A DNA stretch of 64,000 nucleotides from Candidatus Wildermuthbacteria bacterium (lineage in GTDB: Bacteria > Patescibacteriota > Minisyncoccia > Minisyncoccales > UBA10102), in contig JACPMK010000002.1 of the NCBI GenBank assembly GCA_016186115.1, positions 274,323-338,322 on the forward strand. Direction: 5' to 3'. The stretch's first letter is position 1, and each line of letters starts with the position of its first letter. The notes beneath the pieces were generated by a model. That model was not told where the DNA came from. It was given only the letters and a program-made list of their open reading frames with translations, and searched no databases. Shown one piece after another: positions 8,889-17,621 of this stretch. The position numbers and the translations under genes were made by a program.

Positions 8889-9065
8889 TTATTCGCTCGC
8901 CGGATCGGCGCCTTCTTCCTCATGAGCTTGCTTTCCATAATGCTTTCCATCTGCGCAATCGCACGGTTCCAGCGGCGCATGATGTTTCGGACAACCTTCT
9001 GTTTGGCAAACGCCCGGCTTATCGCTTACCCCTTTACATGTGCCTGTGCAAATATAATGAATCAT
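8889..9065 (-). CDS. 58-aa Cys/His-rich mini-protein (not in ORF track)
   Basis: MIHYICTGTCKGVSDKPGVCQTEGCPKHHAPLEPCDCADGKHYGKQAHEEEGADPASE; 6 Cys and 5 His. Confidence 0.75.
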   Translation of the reverse strand: MIHYICTGTCKGVSDKPGVCQTEGCPKHHAPLEPCDCADGKHYGKQAHEEEGADPASE

Positions 9066-9133
9066 ATGTATCTATCCTACCAAAAAATCGCCCCTGAGGC
9101 GACCCCTCACTTCTGACAACGAGCATCAAAGTA

Positions 9134-9244
9134 TCAATAAGTATCTATGCATATACCTGCAAATATCAAATCCGCTTCTCTCTCGTCCCACTCAAAATCA
9201 AACCCCACCTCTTCAATCTCTTTTGGAATTTGTCGTTTGGTCAT
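9134..9244 (-). pseudogene. Probable N-terminal gene fragment
   Basis: MTKRQIPKEIEEVGFDFEWDER..., stops after 36 aa; follows the kinase shard. Confidence 0.4.
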
Positions 9245-9249
9245 TTCTA

Positions 9250-9382
9250 TCATTCGTTTGTTATTTTTAAAACTTTCTCTGCGATTTCTTCAACTGGCCC
9301 ATCTGCGTCGATCGCAAAGTTTTTTGCTTAACGTCGACTTCCCCACTCCTGTAGTTCCAATAATCAAAATTGATCTTTTCAT
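9250..9382 (-). pseudogene. Internally deleted P-loop (NMP/shikimate-type) kinase
   Basis: MKRSILIIGTTGVGKSTLSKKL (Walker A) joined out of frame to IDADGPVEEIAEKVLKITNE*, a typical kinase C-terminus. Confidence 0.75.
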
Positions 9383-9389
9383 AATTATT

Positions 9390-10526
9390 TCAGTTTACCA
9401 TATCCAATTCGCCGGCCATTGAGCGATATAAAACGCTGTCAAAGAGCTCTCGGAGTTTGGTTTTTTGCTCCAACAGACCTTTTTTGTATTCTTGCACCGC
9501 ATTCAGTTTTTGAACAATTTCCTTTTGCGTCTCAATTCCCGGCACCGGAATTTCAATATGTTTAATTTTATTTGCATTAAACTGTTGTTGGCCAGAACCG
9601 GTCATCAATCGCTCCGCCTGCGTCCAATATTCTTTTGTTCTAGAAAAAATCCAGATAAACTTTGGCAAGACGAGTTTTTCATCTGGTATAATGCGAATCA
9701 AGTATGAGGCAAAAACAGCAGGTTCATTTGAATCGTAAAAAAGAATTTTGCCATAAGTAGCGCCCGTCCGCGCCACAAGCAAGTTTTCTTGATTGAGCAC
9801 ATACTTCTTTGTTTCGCTGTTTGCTTTAACGTATTTCGGATCAGAATTTCTTAGTTCCCCGCTTTCGTTGATGTCAGTGATTCGTATAAGGCGATAATCC
9901 CCCTCGTCCTGCGCCGAAGCTGTATATCCGTATTGAAACTCGCAAAGCTCCCCTAATTTTTTGATTTCCCAATTTTTGGCGACTGGGTTAAGTTCCTTAT
10001 GCAACAGCGACGCAAAGAGTTCTTCGGTTTTTTGGATAAGCTCGTTATTCAATTTTTGCGCCTCCCGAATCCCATCCAACCGCTCCACAAGCTTTTTCTG
10101 TATCTCAAGAGGAGGAACCGGAATTTTAAGATTGTCTATGAATGCCTTGCTTAAATGAGGAACAGCCGCACCCTGGGCCGCACCACGAATTTTACTCTCG
10201 TTGAATTCCCAAAAGTATCGCAAAAAGCGGCTATCCAGTTTAGGTTCTCTAATCACAATTTTGGCAACGGTGCTACCAGCAAAACCACTTACTTCTATTC
10301 CCACCGTTCCCGCATGTGCTCCGTCCCACACTACAACAACATCATCCTCCGCACACCGCACGCCGTCTTTCTCGGGCGTGTATAGATTATATTTTTGCGT
10401 CCTAATCGTATCAATGCCAATATAAGGCTTATAGCCAAGCTTTTGCTCTTCCGAAACAGCCATTTTCTTTCCCTTTTGGAAGTCTATAACCTCTCCCAAT
10501 TTTTTCGTCGGCCAGTTAGTTTTCAT
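9390..10526 (-). CDS. hsdS: Type I R-M specificity subunit
   Basis: Two TRD repeats starting WPTKKLGE and WEIKKLGE; conserved IPVPPLEIQKK and IPVPGIETQKEIV helices. Confidence 0.95.
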   Translation of the reverse strand: MKTNWPTKKLGEVIDFQKGKKMAVSEEQKLGYKPYIGIDTIRTQKYNLYTPEKDGVRCAEDDVVVVWDGAHAGTVGIEVSGFAGSTVAKIVIREPKLDSRFLRYFWEFNESKIRGAAQGAAVPHLSKAFIDNLKIPVPPLEIQKKLVERLDGIREAQKLNNELIQKTEELFASLLHKELNPVAKNWEIKKLGELCEFQYGYTASAQDEGDYRLIRITDINESGELRNSDPKYVKANSETKKYVLNQENLLVARTGATYGKILFYDSNEPAVFASYLIRIIPDEKLVLPKFIWIFSRTKEYWTQAERLMTGSGQQQFNANKIKHIEIPVPGIETQKEIVQKLNAVQEYKKGLLEQKTKLRELFDSVLYRSMAGELDMVN

Positions 10527-11136
10527 GTAAGAATACCGAATATACTCAACACGAACAGCAAAAGGCCCAGACCGAAAATTCCCAAAAACAAATAGTATAA
10601 TTTATCCAATACAGAGGAATATTTAGTCACTGGTTTAACATCCTCTGTATAAATCTTTTTGCTTTCTTCCTTCATGTTCAGATAGTCTTCTATATGTTTT
10701 TCCTCGAGCATTCCATCTATGGCTTGCGAGTATATTTGAACTACTTCTTTCAGTTGTTCGGCAAGAAACTTTTGCTCTGCGTCATTTTGTACTTTACTTA
10801 ATGTTCCCTCTTTTATATTAGAAAAAATGATCAAACCAATGCCATAAATAGCACCCACCAGCAATAAAACCACAGACACGATAGATAAACAACCAAGTGC
10901 TTCATTACTCGCATAGATCGGAAATACTATGGCCACCATCGCAATTTCTAACGACGAGAAAGCAACGATTGATGTATGCTTTCGCTCTATAATGCGATTC
11001 TCCCTATTTTCAAATTCGAACATCCGTTGAAGCAAAAGATCAACTAAAGTATCTCGGGTTGTTCGAAATTCGTCTTGCGCTAATTTTAGTTCTTTATCAT
11101 CCATAAATGTATTCTCCCAATTTTTTCGTCGGCCAG
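10492..11136. repeat. 24-bp perfect direct repeat, copies at 10492-10515 and 11113-11136
   Basis: TCTCCCAATTTTTTCGTCGGCCAG twice; on the minus strand it corresponds to the HsdS N-terminal WPTKKLGE codons. Confidence 0.95.
10523..11104 (-). CDS. Hypothetical membrane protein (about 3 TM plus coiled coil)
   Basis: Two central and one C-terminal hydrophobic segment; ATGA overlap with hsdS. Confidence 0.8.
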   Translation of the reverse strand: MDDKELKLAQDEFRTTRDTLVDLLLQRMFEFENRENRIIERKHTSIVAFSSLEIAMVAIVFPIYASNEALGCLSIVSVVLLLVGAIYGIGLIIFSNIKEGTLSKVQNDAEQKFLAEQLKEVVQIYSQAIDGMLEEKHIEDYLNMKEESKKIYTEDVKPVTKYSSVLDKLYYLFLGIFGLGLLLFVLSIFGILT

Positions 11137-11139
11137 CGG

Positions 11140-11913
11140 CTAATCTTCATAAACCCTTGATAGGATGGCGTCAGCTTCCTGCCGGCCAAGCCCTCGAAGC
11201 ACCAAACCATTCTCATTTTCTGCCACCATATTTTTGATTTTAGTCACAGCAATTTGAGCTGCGTTCTTAGAGCATCCGTGATCCTGTATCAGCTTTACAA
11301 GATCGGCGCGCTTAGTTCTTTTCGGGGAGAACGCATTCAGTAATAACAGCGCAATCTCTCTGGGGTATAAACCTCTGATATTGATAAATAGTTGATCGTC
11401 GATTGCTTCTAAATATGGATATTTTCGTTCTATTACCGTTTCTACTAGCACAGCTGCCTCGTCCGGATCCGCGGAAGACCCTGCGATCCGAATTATTTCT
11501 GCAAGGATCCATGACATAATTGGAACGGCAACACTGGCGTCCATTTTGTTGGGATTTACCTCCGTAGGATCATGACGAGCCCCTCTGTTGCTCGCGATGT
11601 CATACAAAAAGCGGCATGCCCGCGGTATTGTTATTCGAATAGAATCATGACAACTACCTGCCGCAGTATTCTGAAGCGTGTTAATCACGCCTTCGACACC
11701 AAACTGGCGCGCAGGAGGAAGCGTATTGCCGGAAGAAATACACAGCATTTTGAGTGCTGCCTCGACAAACTTTCCACTTTTTGCAACGCATTCTTCCCAA
11801 TCACTCTCATGGTATGCACGAATAGCACCATTATAATGTCGCAAAAGATTCCCTATATGTTGTCTGGGGAACATGGCTACAAGCACTTCTTGTATGTCTT
11901 GAGTTATAGACAT
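11140..11913 (-). CDS. HEPN/Abi-like helical domain plus C-terminal winged helix
   Basis: SGKFVEAALKML (conserved E helix), YDIASNRGARHD (R..H motif), NPNKMDA..WILAEIIR; C-terminal LVLRGLGRQEA wing. Family call by eye. Confidence 0.65.
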   Translation of the reverse strand: MSITQDIQEVLVAMFPRQHIGNLLRHYNGAIRAYHESDWEECVAKSGKFVEAALKMLCISSGNTLPPARQFGVEGVINTLQNTAAGSCHDSIRITIPRACRFLYDIASNRGARHDPTEVNPNKMDASVAVPIMSWILAEIIRIAGSSADPDEAAVLVETVIERKYPYLEAIDDQLFINIRGLYPREIALLLLNAFSPKRTKRADLVKLIQDHGCSKNAAQIAVTKIKNMVAENENGLVLRGLGRQEADAILSRVYED

Positions 11914-11920
11914 CTTTGGC

Positions 11921-12346
11921 TCAGTTGAAAATCTCTTTCCAGTTCGGTCTTAAGTTATAAAAGCCTTTTCGCTTCGACTCCACCCAATCGTTATCCTTTG
12001 CAGCAGAAGTAAAAAAGCGGTTAAAGTCAGTACCTACTATAGAAGTCATTCTGCTCCACTGCTTTTCGATTTCGGTAAGCGTAATTTCTTTTTTTGTATC
12101 TCCCTTTGTCAAACGTGCCAATAAAAGAGTGAACTTCTTCGCGCCGCTCATATTCTTGGTGACGTACTGCTTCATAAAGGGGCGGAGAGGCTTATCAAAA
12201 TCAATGCTCCCCGCGCGACTCGTTTGTTTTGAGGCATTCCTATCTTTGGTGTTCTTGGTACTACTAGCTCCAAGAACTATTTTTTCTACACGGTCAAGAC
12301 GGGTCGAGATCTCCGAAATCCTTTGCCCAAGTTCTTTTTCTGTCAT
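11921..12346 (-). CDS. Hypothetical protein: N-terminal coiled coil plus winged-helix-like domain
   Basis: ITLTEIEKQW...AAKDNDWVESKRKGFYNL helix-wing pattern. Confidence 0.65.
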   Translation of the reverse strand: MTEKELGQRISEISTRLDRVEKIVLGASSTKNTKDRNASKQTSRAGSIDFDKPLRPFMKQYVTKNMSGAKKFTLLLARLTKGDTKKEITLTEIEKQWSRMTSIVGTDFNRFFTSAAKDNDWVESKRKGFYNLRPNWKEIFN

Positions 12347-12876
12347 AATCGCTTCTTTAACTTCTTATTTTTTGACGCTACTCTTTTTGTGTTCTTTTTG
12401 CGCTTCCCCCCTCGAGGGGCCGATGTTTTAGGAAATCCTTCTTGCATGGCTTTAAAACCAGGGTTGGTTACATAAAACGTTCCCCGTTGACTTGGATCGG
12501 AAGCAATCCAAGCATTCCTTAGAGCTACTTTAAGATCCCTCGTGAGATTTCCGGGGAGCTTTTCTCCAGCATCACGTAAAAGTACTCTTATTTCAGCTGG
12601 AGTAAACGAATCTTGCCCTCTCGCTTCTTTCAAGTATGCCCCTAAAGCTACAATTTTATCTGGGTTGCGGTCAGGCGCAAATTTTTTGAGATATTCAGCT
12701 GGAGCTTCTTGCGGCCGAGAATTTATAGGCCGAGCGGTGACGCTTGTGGTGACGGCACCTTCTTCTGTAGAAAGACACGTCCTCATAACTTCCGCTGCTG
12801 TTTCTGGAGAAACTTCTCCAGTGTACTGTAACCCCGCCCCTCTTAAGATAACTTTCACTTTGTTTGGTTTAGCCAT
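12343..12876 (-). CDS. Hypothetical winged-helix-like protein with basic tail
   Basis: DKIVALGAYL...SFTPAEIRVLL...GNLTRDL...WI...GTFYVTNPG; ATGA overlap with the next gene. Confidence 0.7.
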   Translation of the reverse strand: MAKPNKVKVILRGAGLQYTGEVSPETAAEVMRTCLSTEEGAVTTSVTARPINSRPQEAPAEYLKKFAPDRNPDKIVALGAYLKEARGQDSFTPAEIRVLLRDAGEKLPGNLTRDLKVALRNAWIASDPSQRGTFYVTNPGFKAMQEGFPKTSAPRGGKRKKNTKRVASKNKKLKKRL

Positions 12877-12954
12877 AGTTTTGTAGTGTATAACTTTTTG
12901 TATTACTGTACGACTTTACGACATTCATTATACACAAGTACAAAACTAAGTCAA
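12876..12954 (-). promoter_or_regulatory. Sigma70-type promoter overlapped by an inverted repeat
   Basis: TTGACT (12949-54), 16 nt, TATAAT (12927-32). TAGTTTTGTA-GTGTATAA at 12876-93 mirrors TTATACAC-aag-TACAAAACTA at 12928-48. Confidence 0.75.
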
Positions 12955-12966
12955 GAGGCAGCTTGG

Positions 12967-14511
12967 TTAGCTGCCTCCGAGTAGTTTCGCTATCTTCTCT
13001 CTTGTACCATCTAGCGTACCACTTTTCTGTTCTATCTCTCCTAAAATCTCCTTGGGATCGCGGTGAGGTTTTTCTGCTTCGATGGCGTGCGGATTGTACG
13101 TGTTGGCAGAAAGAATAAAATCGTTTGCGGCGATTTGTTTTACGGGGGTGAACCAAGAGAATCCTTTTTCTTCTTTGGGCTGGCCGCCGTTCCACAACTC
13201 CAAGAGCTTGGGGATGTCATTGCGGTATTGGGGGCCGTATTTTTTGGCCGCAGATAAAGAGGAGCCGTCTCCTTGCATATTAAAGAACCATATTTTATCA
13301 GGCGACCCTTCGACAGGCTCAGGGTGGTTTTTCTTACGAAAAACCAGAAAGCTGGTTTTTACTCCGGCGTACGGCTGGAATACTCCAGCTGGCATGGAAA
13401 CCACAGCTTCAAGCTTTGTATTTTCCAAAAGATAGCGGCGAATTTCTTTGTCGTCGCGGTTGGTGCCGAACAAACTGCCTTCCGGCAAAATAATGCCAGC
13501 TCGGCCGGTGCCCGGCTTTAAGGCATTCAGCACATACCCCAAAAACAGAACTTGCGTTTTCTTGGACTTTACGGGTAGGGTGGGCTTTACCCGTTCTAAA
13601 TCCACTTTTCCCGCAAATGGTGGGTTTGTTAAAACTACGTCGAACTGGCGGAGATCGTCGTCGGTTTCAGATCCGGCAACCGTATCTTTTCGCTGGATTT
13701 TTGCGCCTTCAATGCCGTGCAGAATAAGATTCATTAAGCACAGCCGCATCATTTCGGGGTCTACATCGTAGCCATGAAACGTTTTTTGAATAAGAAAATC
13801 CCATTGCGCTTTTTTAAGGCGGTCGCCATAGCCTATGGGATAGCCATTTTTCTCCGCAATGCTTTCTTTGCTGCTGTTTTGGTATTTTATCCATTCAAAA
13901 GAAGCAATAAGAAAGCCGCCGGTGCCGCAAGCAGGGTCGAACACGGATTCCCCTATTTTAGGGTTTACCATGTGCACCATGGGCCGAATAATGTGCCGGG
14001 GCGTAAGAAACTGGCCCAGTTCGCCGGCAGCGTCTATGCTCTGAAGTAGTCCTTCGTATAAATCGCCTTTTACGTCGGTCTCCAGCTTTGAAAACTCAAT
14101 GCTGTCGATTATTTCGACTGCGCGTTTGAGTGTAACCTCGTCTGGAATAAGAAACTTTGCGTCGCGGAAAATTTGAGAAACAGTGGTATGGCTGTTTTGA
14201 AGATCTACGGCAAACTGAAAAACATTATCGCGGACAAAGTTATACAGCTGCGTGCCGGTTTTGTCGCGCCAGCGAGACCAGCGGAATTTCTCGTTGTCGC
14301 CTTCAAAAATAGAGTGGTGAGCGCGGCCGGTAAGTTCTTCTGCCCGCTCCATGGCATTATCCTGTTCTTCCAGCATCTTTAAGAAAAACAAAAAGCTTAC
14401 CTGCTGAATGCGCGTAACCGGGTCTTTAAGGCCGGCGCCCCAAAGGTAGTTGTTTAGACGCGAAAGCTTTGTCTGGAAATCTTCTGTAAATTGTTGAGCT
14501 TCAGGACTCAT
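12967..14511 (-). CDS. hsdM: Type I R-M N6-adenine methyltransferase
   Basis: GQFLTPRHI, FDPACGTGGFL and LTNPPF. Confidence 0.95.
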   Translation of the reverse strand: MSPEAQQFTEDFQTKLSRLNNYLWGAGLKDPVTRIQQVSFLFFLKMLEEQDNAMERAEELTGRAHHSIFEGDNEKFRWSRWRDKTGTQLYNFVRDNVFQFAVDLQNSHTTVSQIFRDAKFLIPDEVTLKRAVEIIDSIEFSKLETDVKGDLYEGLLQSIDAAGELGQFLTPRHIIRPMVHMVNPKIGESVFDPACGTGGFLIASFEWIKYQNSSKESIAEKNGYPIGYGDRLKKAQWDFLIQKTFHGYDVDPEMMRLCLMNLILHGIEGAKIQRKDTVAGSETDDDLRQFDVVLTNPPFAGKVDLERVKPTLPVKSKKTQVLFLGYVLNALKPGTGRAGIILPEGSLFGTNRDDKEIRRYLLENTKLEAVVSMPAGVFQPYAGVKTSFLVFRKKNHPEPVEGSPDKIWFFNMQGDGSSLSAAKKYGPQYRNDIPKLLELWNGGQPKEEKGFSWFTPVKQIAANDFILSANTYNPHAIEAEKPHRDPKEILGEIEQKSGTLDGTREKIAKLLGGS

Positions 14512-16814
14512 CGTTGAACAAAAATCCGCTGGTTAAGCTCTTGAAGCATTTTCTTAAGTTCGTCGGCGTCAAACAGCGTAAGGACATGGTTCAGGCCGCC
14601 GAAGTATTGGAACACCGGTTCTGTAAAAATAGAAACGTCAACCCGCTCTTTGTTTGCGATATACTGTTCCTTTACCAGGCGGAGTAATTTGGTTTGCTCT
14701 GCAGAAAGATTTTTTTCGAGAAGCCAAGATTCAAACAAGTCGTTGACACGGTTTTCTAAAAGTTGCTCTTCGGTTGGCAGCTCCTCAATATCCAAAGCGG
14801 TACGGATAAACTGGTTAAGCGTGCCTGGCGGATAGCCGTACGCCTCGCGCAAATTTGCCTCGTTAAAGTAGAATTTGGGCGAATTAAGTTTTTCACCAAG
14901 GTACGCGGTTTCGTCGCTTGTAAGTTCTTGCCCTTCTTTTACTTTGGAAATAAGGGGTTCGGTTTGCGCAAGTTCCTGCACTTCTTTTTCCCAGGCTGTT
15001 TGGTATTCGTCAGCATCAATGGATTCGCCTTCCGGCCCCACTTCCACATAGGTACGTTGTACCACACTATCAACATTTTCCGGAGCGGATTCTGGCACCT
15101 GTACAAATTGCAGCTTTTGCACCGCCTCTTTTTGTTCGTCGGTAAGGTCTTCCAAGTCGTCGGTTTCTTCCGTGCCCCAGGGGATACCGGTACGCGCTTT
15201 TAAGATATTTGAGTACGGGTTGTAGCTTTCGTCGTTAAAGTAAGCGGTAACGCCGGCAAAATCGTATATGCGAAAAGAAGTTTTGCTTATGGAGCGGTCG
15301 AGTCGGCTGCCGCGGCCTCGCATTTGCTGGTATAAAATGGCAGATCGCGTAGGGCGTACCATAACAAGGTTTTCTACCATGGGAGCGTCTATTCCCGTAT
15401 CAAGCATCCCAACGGATACGGCTACTTTGGGAAATCCTTCCAGCTTGAATTTTCGAATGGCCGCCCGGGGGTCTTGCGTGTCGGAAGTTATGACTTCTGC
15501 AAAACGGCCGTTGTGTTCGGGAAACGCCTGGTTAAGGTAATACGCAAGCTGGGCTGCGTGCCGTTTTGTTACGGCAAACACAATGGCCTTGCGAAGCTTG
15601 CCATCTCCCCGGCTTTCCTCTTCTTGTCGATATGCTTTTGCAATCTGTTCGTTGCGGGCTGGAATGTTAATTCGCCTTTCCAAGTCTTCTGGATTATAAT
15701 CTTCGTTTTCATATTCTACGCCTTCAAGAGATAGCTTTGTCTCGATACGGACAATATCGTAACCCGCCAAATAGCCTTCTTTGATACCCCTGCGAATGCC
15801 ATAGGTAAAAGTGGGTTCTCCTCGCTCTTTTCTTTCATCCCAGCAGTCAAAAAGCTTGTAGGTGTTGTGGTTAATAAGTATGGAGGGTGTGGCGGTAAGC
15901 CCAATGCGGATAGCGTCAAAGTGCGAAAGGACAGCATTGTAAATGCCGTAAATGCCGCGATGCGCTTCGTCTGAAACGACAACGTCAAAGTATCCACTCG
16001 TAAAGTTTGAAAGTTGGGAATATATCGTAGGGAGCGTGGAGATAATAATAGAGGATTCGTCGCTTTCCCGCCCGCCGTACAAAAGTTTTGATGGATAATC
16101 GGCAAGAATGTCGCCGAAAGCGTCTTGCGCCTGCTGGCCGAGATCGATTCGATCTACAAGAAATAGAACTCGCCGGGCAACTCCTGCCTCAAAAAGACGT
16201 TTGAGGTACAGGGCAACAGTATCTGTTTTCCCGGTACCGGTCGCCATAAGCAAAAGCATTTTACGTTTGCCGTTTTCAAGCGATTTATCCATGACAATCA
16301 TAGCTTCCTTTTGGTACTGTCGAGGCTCTCGCCATTCCCCTCCTTTGAAATATTTTTCTGGTATGGGAATTGCTGAAACCGGCTTTTGCTCTAACCGCTG
16401 TGTTTGCAGTTTTTCGAGATCTCGTTGCGAGAAAAAAGTTGCTACCTTTTGTTCGGGCCTATATTTGTAGTCCCAAAAATAAATATCTTCTCCGTTAGAA
16501 AGAAAAATAAAATCAGTGTTCGTGGCTTCGGCATATTCCAACGCTTGTTGTTTTGCAGCCACGGGATCCACCGAAAAACGTTTCGCTTCTATAATGGCAA
16601 TGCTTCTGCCTCGACTATCACGAAGAATATAGTCGGCCCGGCCTTTTGCTGCTTCGGCTTCCGTGGAAACTTGGTTTTTGTCTTCGATATTCCAAAAGGC
16701 CTCACGCAATTTGCGGTCAATCAAAATGCGCGAGTCTGTCTCGCGCAAAACCTGCCCTTTTGGAGGGGTTACTCCAATTTCCACTTCTCTTGGCTTATAG
16801 AGAGGTTCCTCCAT
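14508..16814 (-). CDS. hsdR: Type I R-M restriction subunit (EcoEI-like architecture)
   Basis: ADYIL..IIEAK nuclease motif, MATGTGKT, DEAHR, GLTATP, QMRGRGSR; ATGA overlap with hsdM; start placed at MEEPLY. Confidence 0.93.
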   Translation of the reverse strand: MEEPLYKPREVEIGVTPPKGQVLRETDSRILIDRKLREAFWNIEDKNQVSTEAEAAKGRADYILRDSRGRSIAIIEAKRFSVDPVAAKQQALEYAEATNTDFIFLSNGEDIYFWDYKYRPEQKVATFFSQRDLEKLQTQRLEQKPVSAIPIPEKYFKGGEWREPRQYQKEAMIVMDKSLENGKRKMLLLMATGTGKTDTVALYLKRLFEAGVARRVLFLVDRIDLGQQAQDAFGDILADYPSKLLYGGRESDESSIIISTLPTIYSQLSNFTSGYFDVVVSDEAHRGIYGIYNAVLSHFDAIRIGLTATPSILINHNTYKLFDCWDERKERGEPTFTYGIRRGIKEGYLAGYDIVRIETKLSLEGVEYENEDYNPEDLERRINIPARNEQIAKAYRQEEESRGDGKLRKAIVFAVTKRHAAQLAYYLNQAFPEHNGRFAEVITSDTQDPRAAIRKFKLEGFPKVAVSVGMLDTGIDAPMVENLVMVRPTRSAILYQQMRGRGSRLDRSISKTSFRIYDFAGVTAYFNDESYNPYSNILKARTGIPWGTEETDDLEDLTDEQKEAVQKLQFVQVPESAPENVDSVVQRTYVEVGPEGESIDADEYQTAWEKEVQELAQTEPLISKVKEGQELTSDETAYLGEKLNSPKFYFNEANLREAYGYPPGTLNQFIRTALDIEELPTEEQLLENRVNDLFESWLLEKNLSAEQTKLLRLVKEQYIANKERVDVSIFTEPVFQYFGGLNHVLTLFDADELKKMLQELNQRIFVQR

Positions 16815-16953
16815 AGAATTACTCCACCATACTCCATTTCTCCTCATTTTTCCAGTAAAAAGTCGCTAAGGCACGGCACCAGCCAGAAACGTATCTCCTT
16901 AAAACTGCGATAGCAAGAATAAGAAGATCAACGCTGGGATAATGGAAAAATAA

Positions 16954-16986
16954 AAGTCGCCATGCTCATAGAAAGAATGGCGACTT
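16954..16986. terminator. Intrinsic terminator
   Basis: AAGTCGCCAT...ATGGCGACTT, T-rich tail on the minus strand. Confidence 0.7.
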
Positions 16987-17001
16987 AGCTTCCCTCATTA
17001 C

Positions 17002-17457
17002 TCATCGGTTAAAAACGATGCTAAAATAATCGCTCCTACCTTCCGCGGGGTTTTCGCCCCCGTCTGCGTCCCACACCCGGATCCGGAAACGATCTCCGGG
17101 CTGAACATCAGGCCATAAATCTTTTATGGCCGTGATTGCGTAATGGCCGGAATTCTCAACCGCTACTCCTTCATCAAGAATCCAGGTGAATGGATACGTT
17201 CCCTTGAAAGGTTCGGCCCGCACTCCGGCAGAAGCAACTGTCGTCTGAATCGCAGGAGAAGCGGGATCTCGCCAATCCTCAAGGGCAATGTTGACCCGCT
17301 TTACTCCCTTTCCTACTTCCCACGCAACAGGCCTTCCAATTTCATCCCATTGTTCTCCTCTAGCCGGGTAAGTAACCTTCACCGTTGAAACACTCCCACA
17401 AGACAACAAAAGAGCAACAAGACCAAAAAGCAATCCGAACCGTAGTAGCCAAATCAA
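17002..17457 (-). CDS. Putative lipoprotein with Ig-like domain
   Basis: Hydrophobic leader ending LLSC; VKVTYPARGEQW...FRIRVWD...SDYFSI; GGAGG before a TTG start. Confidence 0.7.
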   Translation of the reverse strand: MIWLLRFGLLFGLVALLLSCGSVSTVKVTYPARGEQWDEIGRPVAWEVGKGVKRVNIALEDWRDPASPAIQTTVASAGVRAEPFKGTYPFTWILDEGVAVENSGHYAITAIKDLWPDVQPGDRFRIRVWDADGGENPAEGRSDYFSIVFNR

Positions 17458-17572
17458 GTTTCTCCTCCCTTCGATTTTTAATCACGAATATACGAAGAGT
17501 TACTTTGAGCTACTTCTTGCTTATCACATTTCACCCAAAAATCAAGCCGTTATTAATTACGAAAAATAAATG

Positions 17573-17599
17573 CCCCGGATAGAAAGAATCTATCCGGGG
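17573..17599. terminator. Intrinsic terminator
   Basis: CCCCGGATAGA-aagaa-TCTATCCGGGG. Confidence 0.7.
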
Positions 17600-17621
17600 G
17601 TTTGGGGCGCGCACTCCACGA

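Noticed and set aside
9390-11136. hsdS shufflon (invertible TRDs)
   Set aside because: The repeat is direct rather than inverted; there are no spare TRDs and no recombinase.
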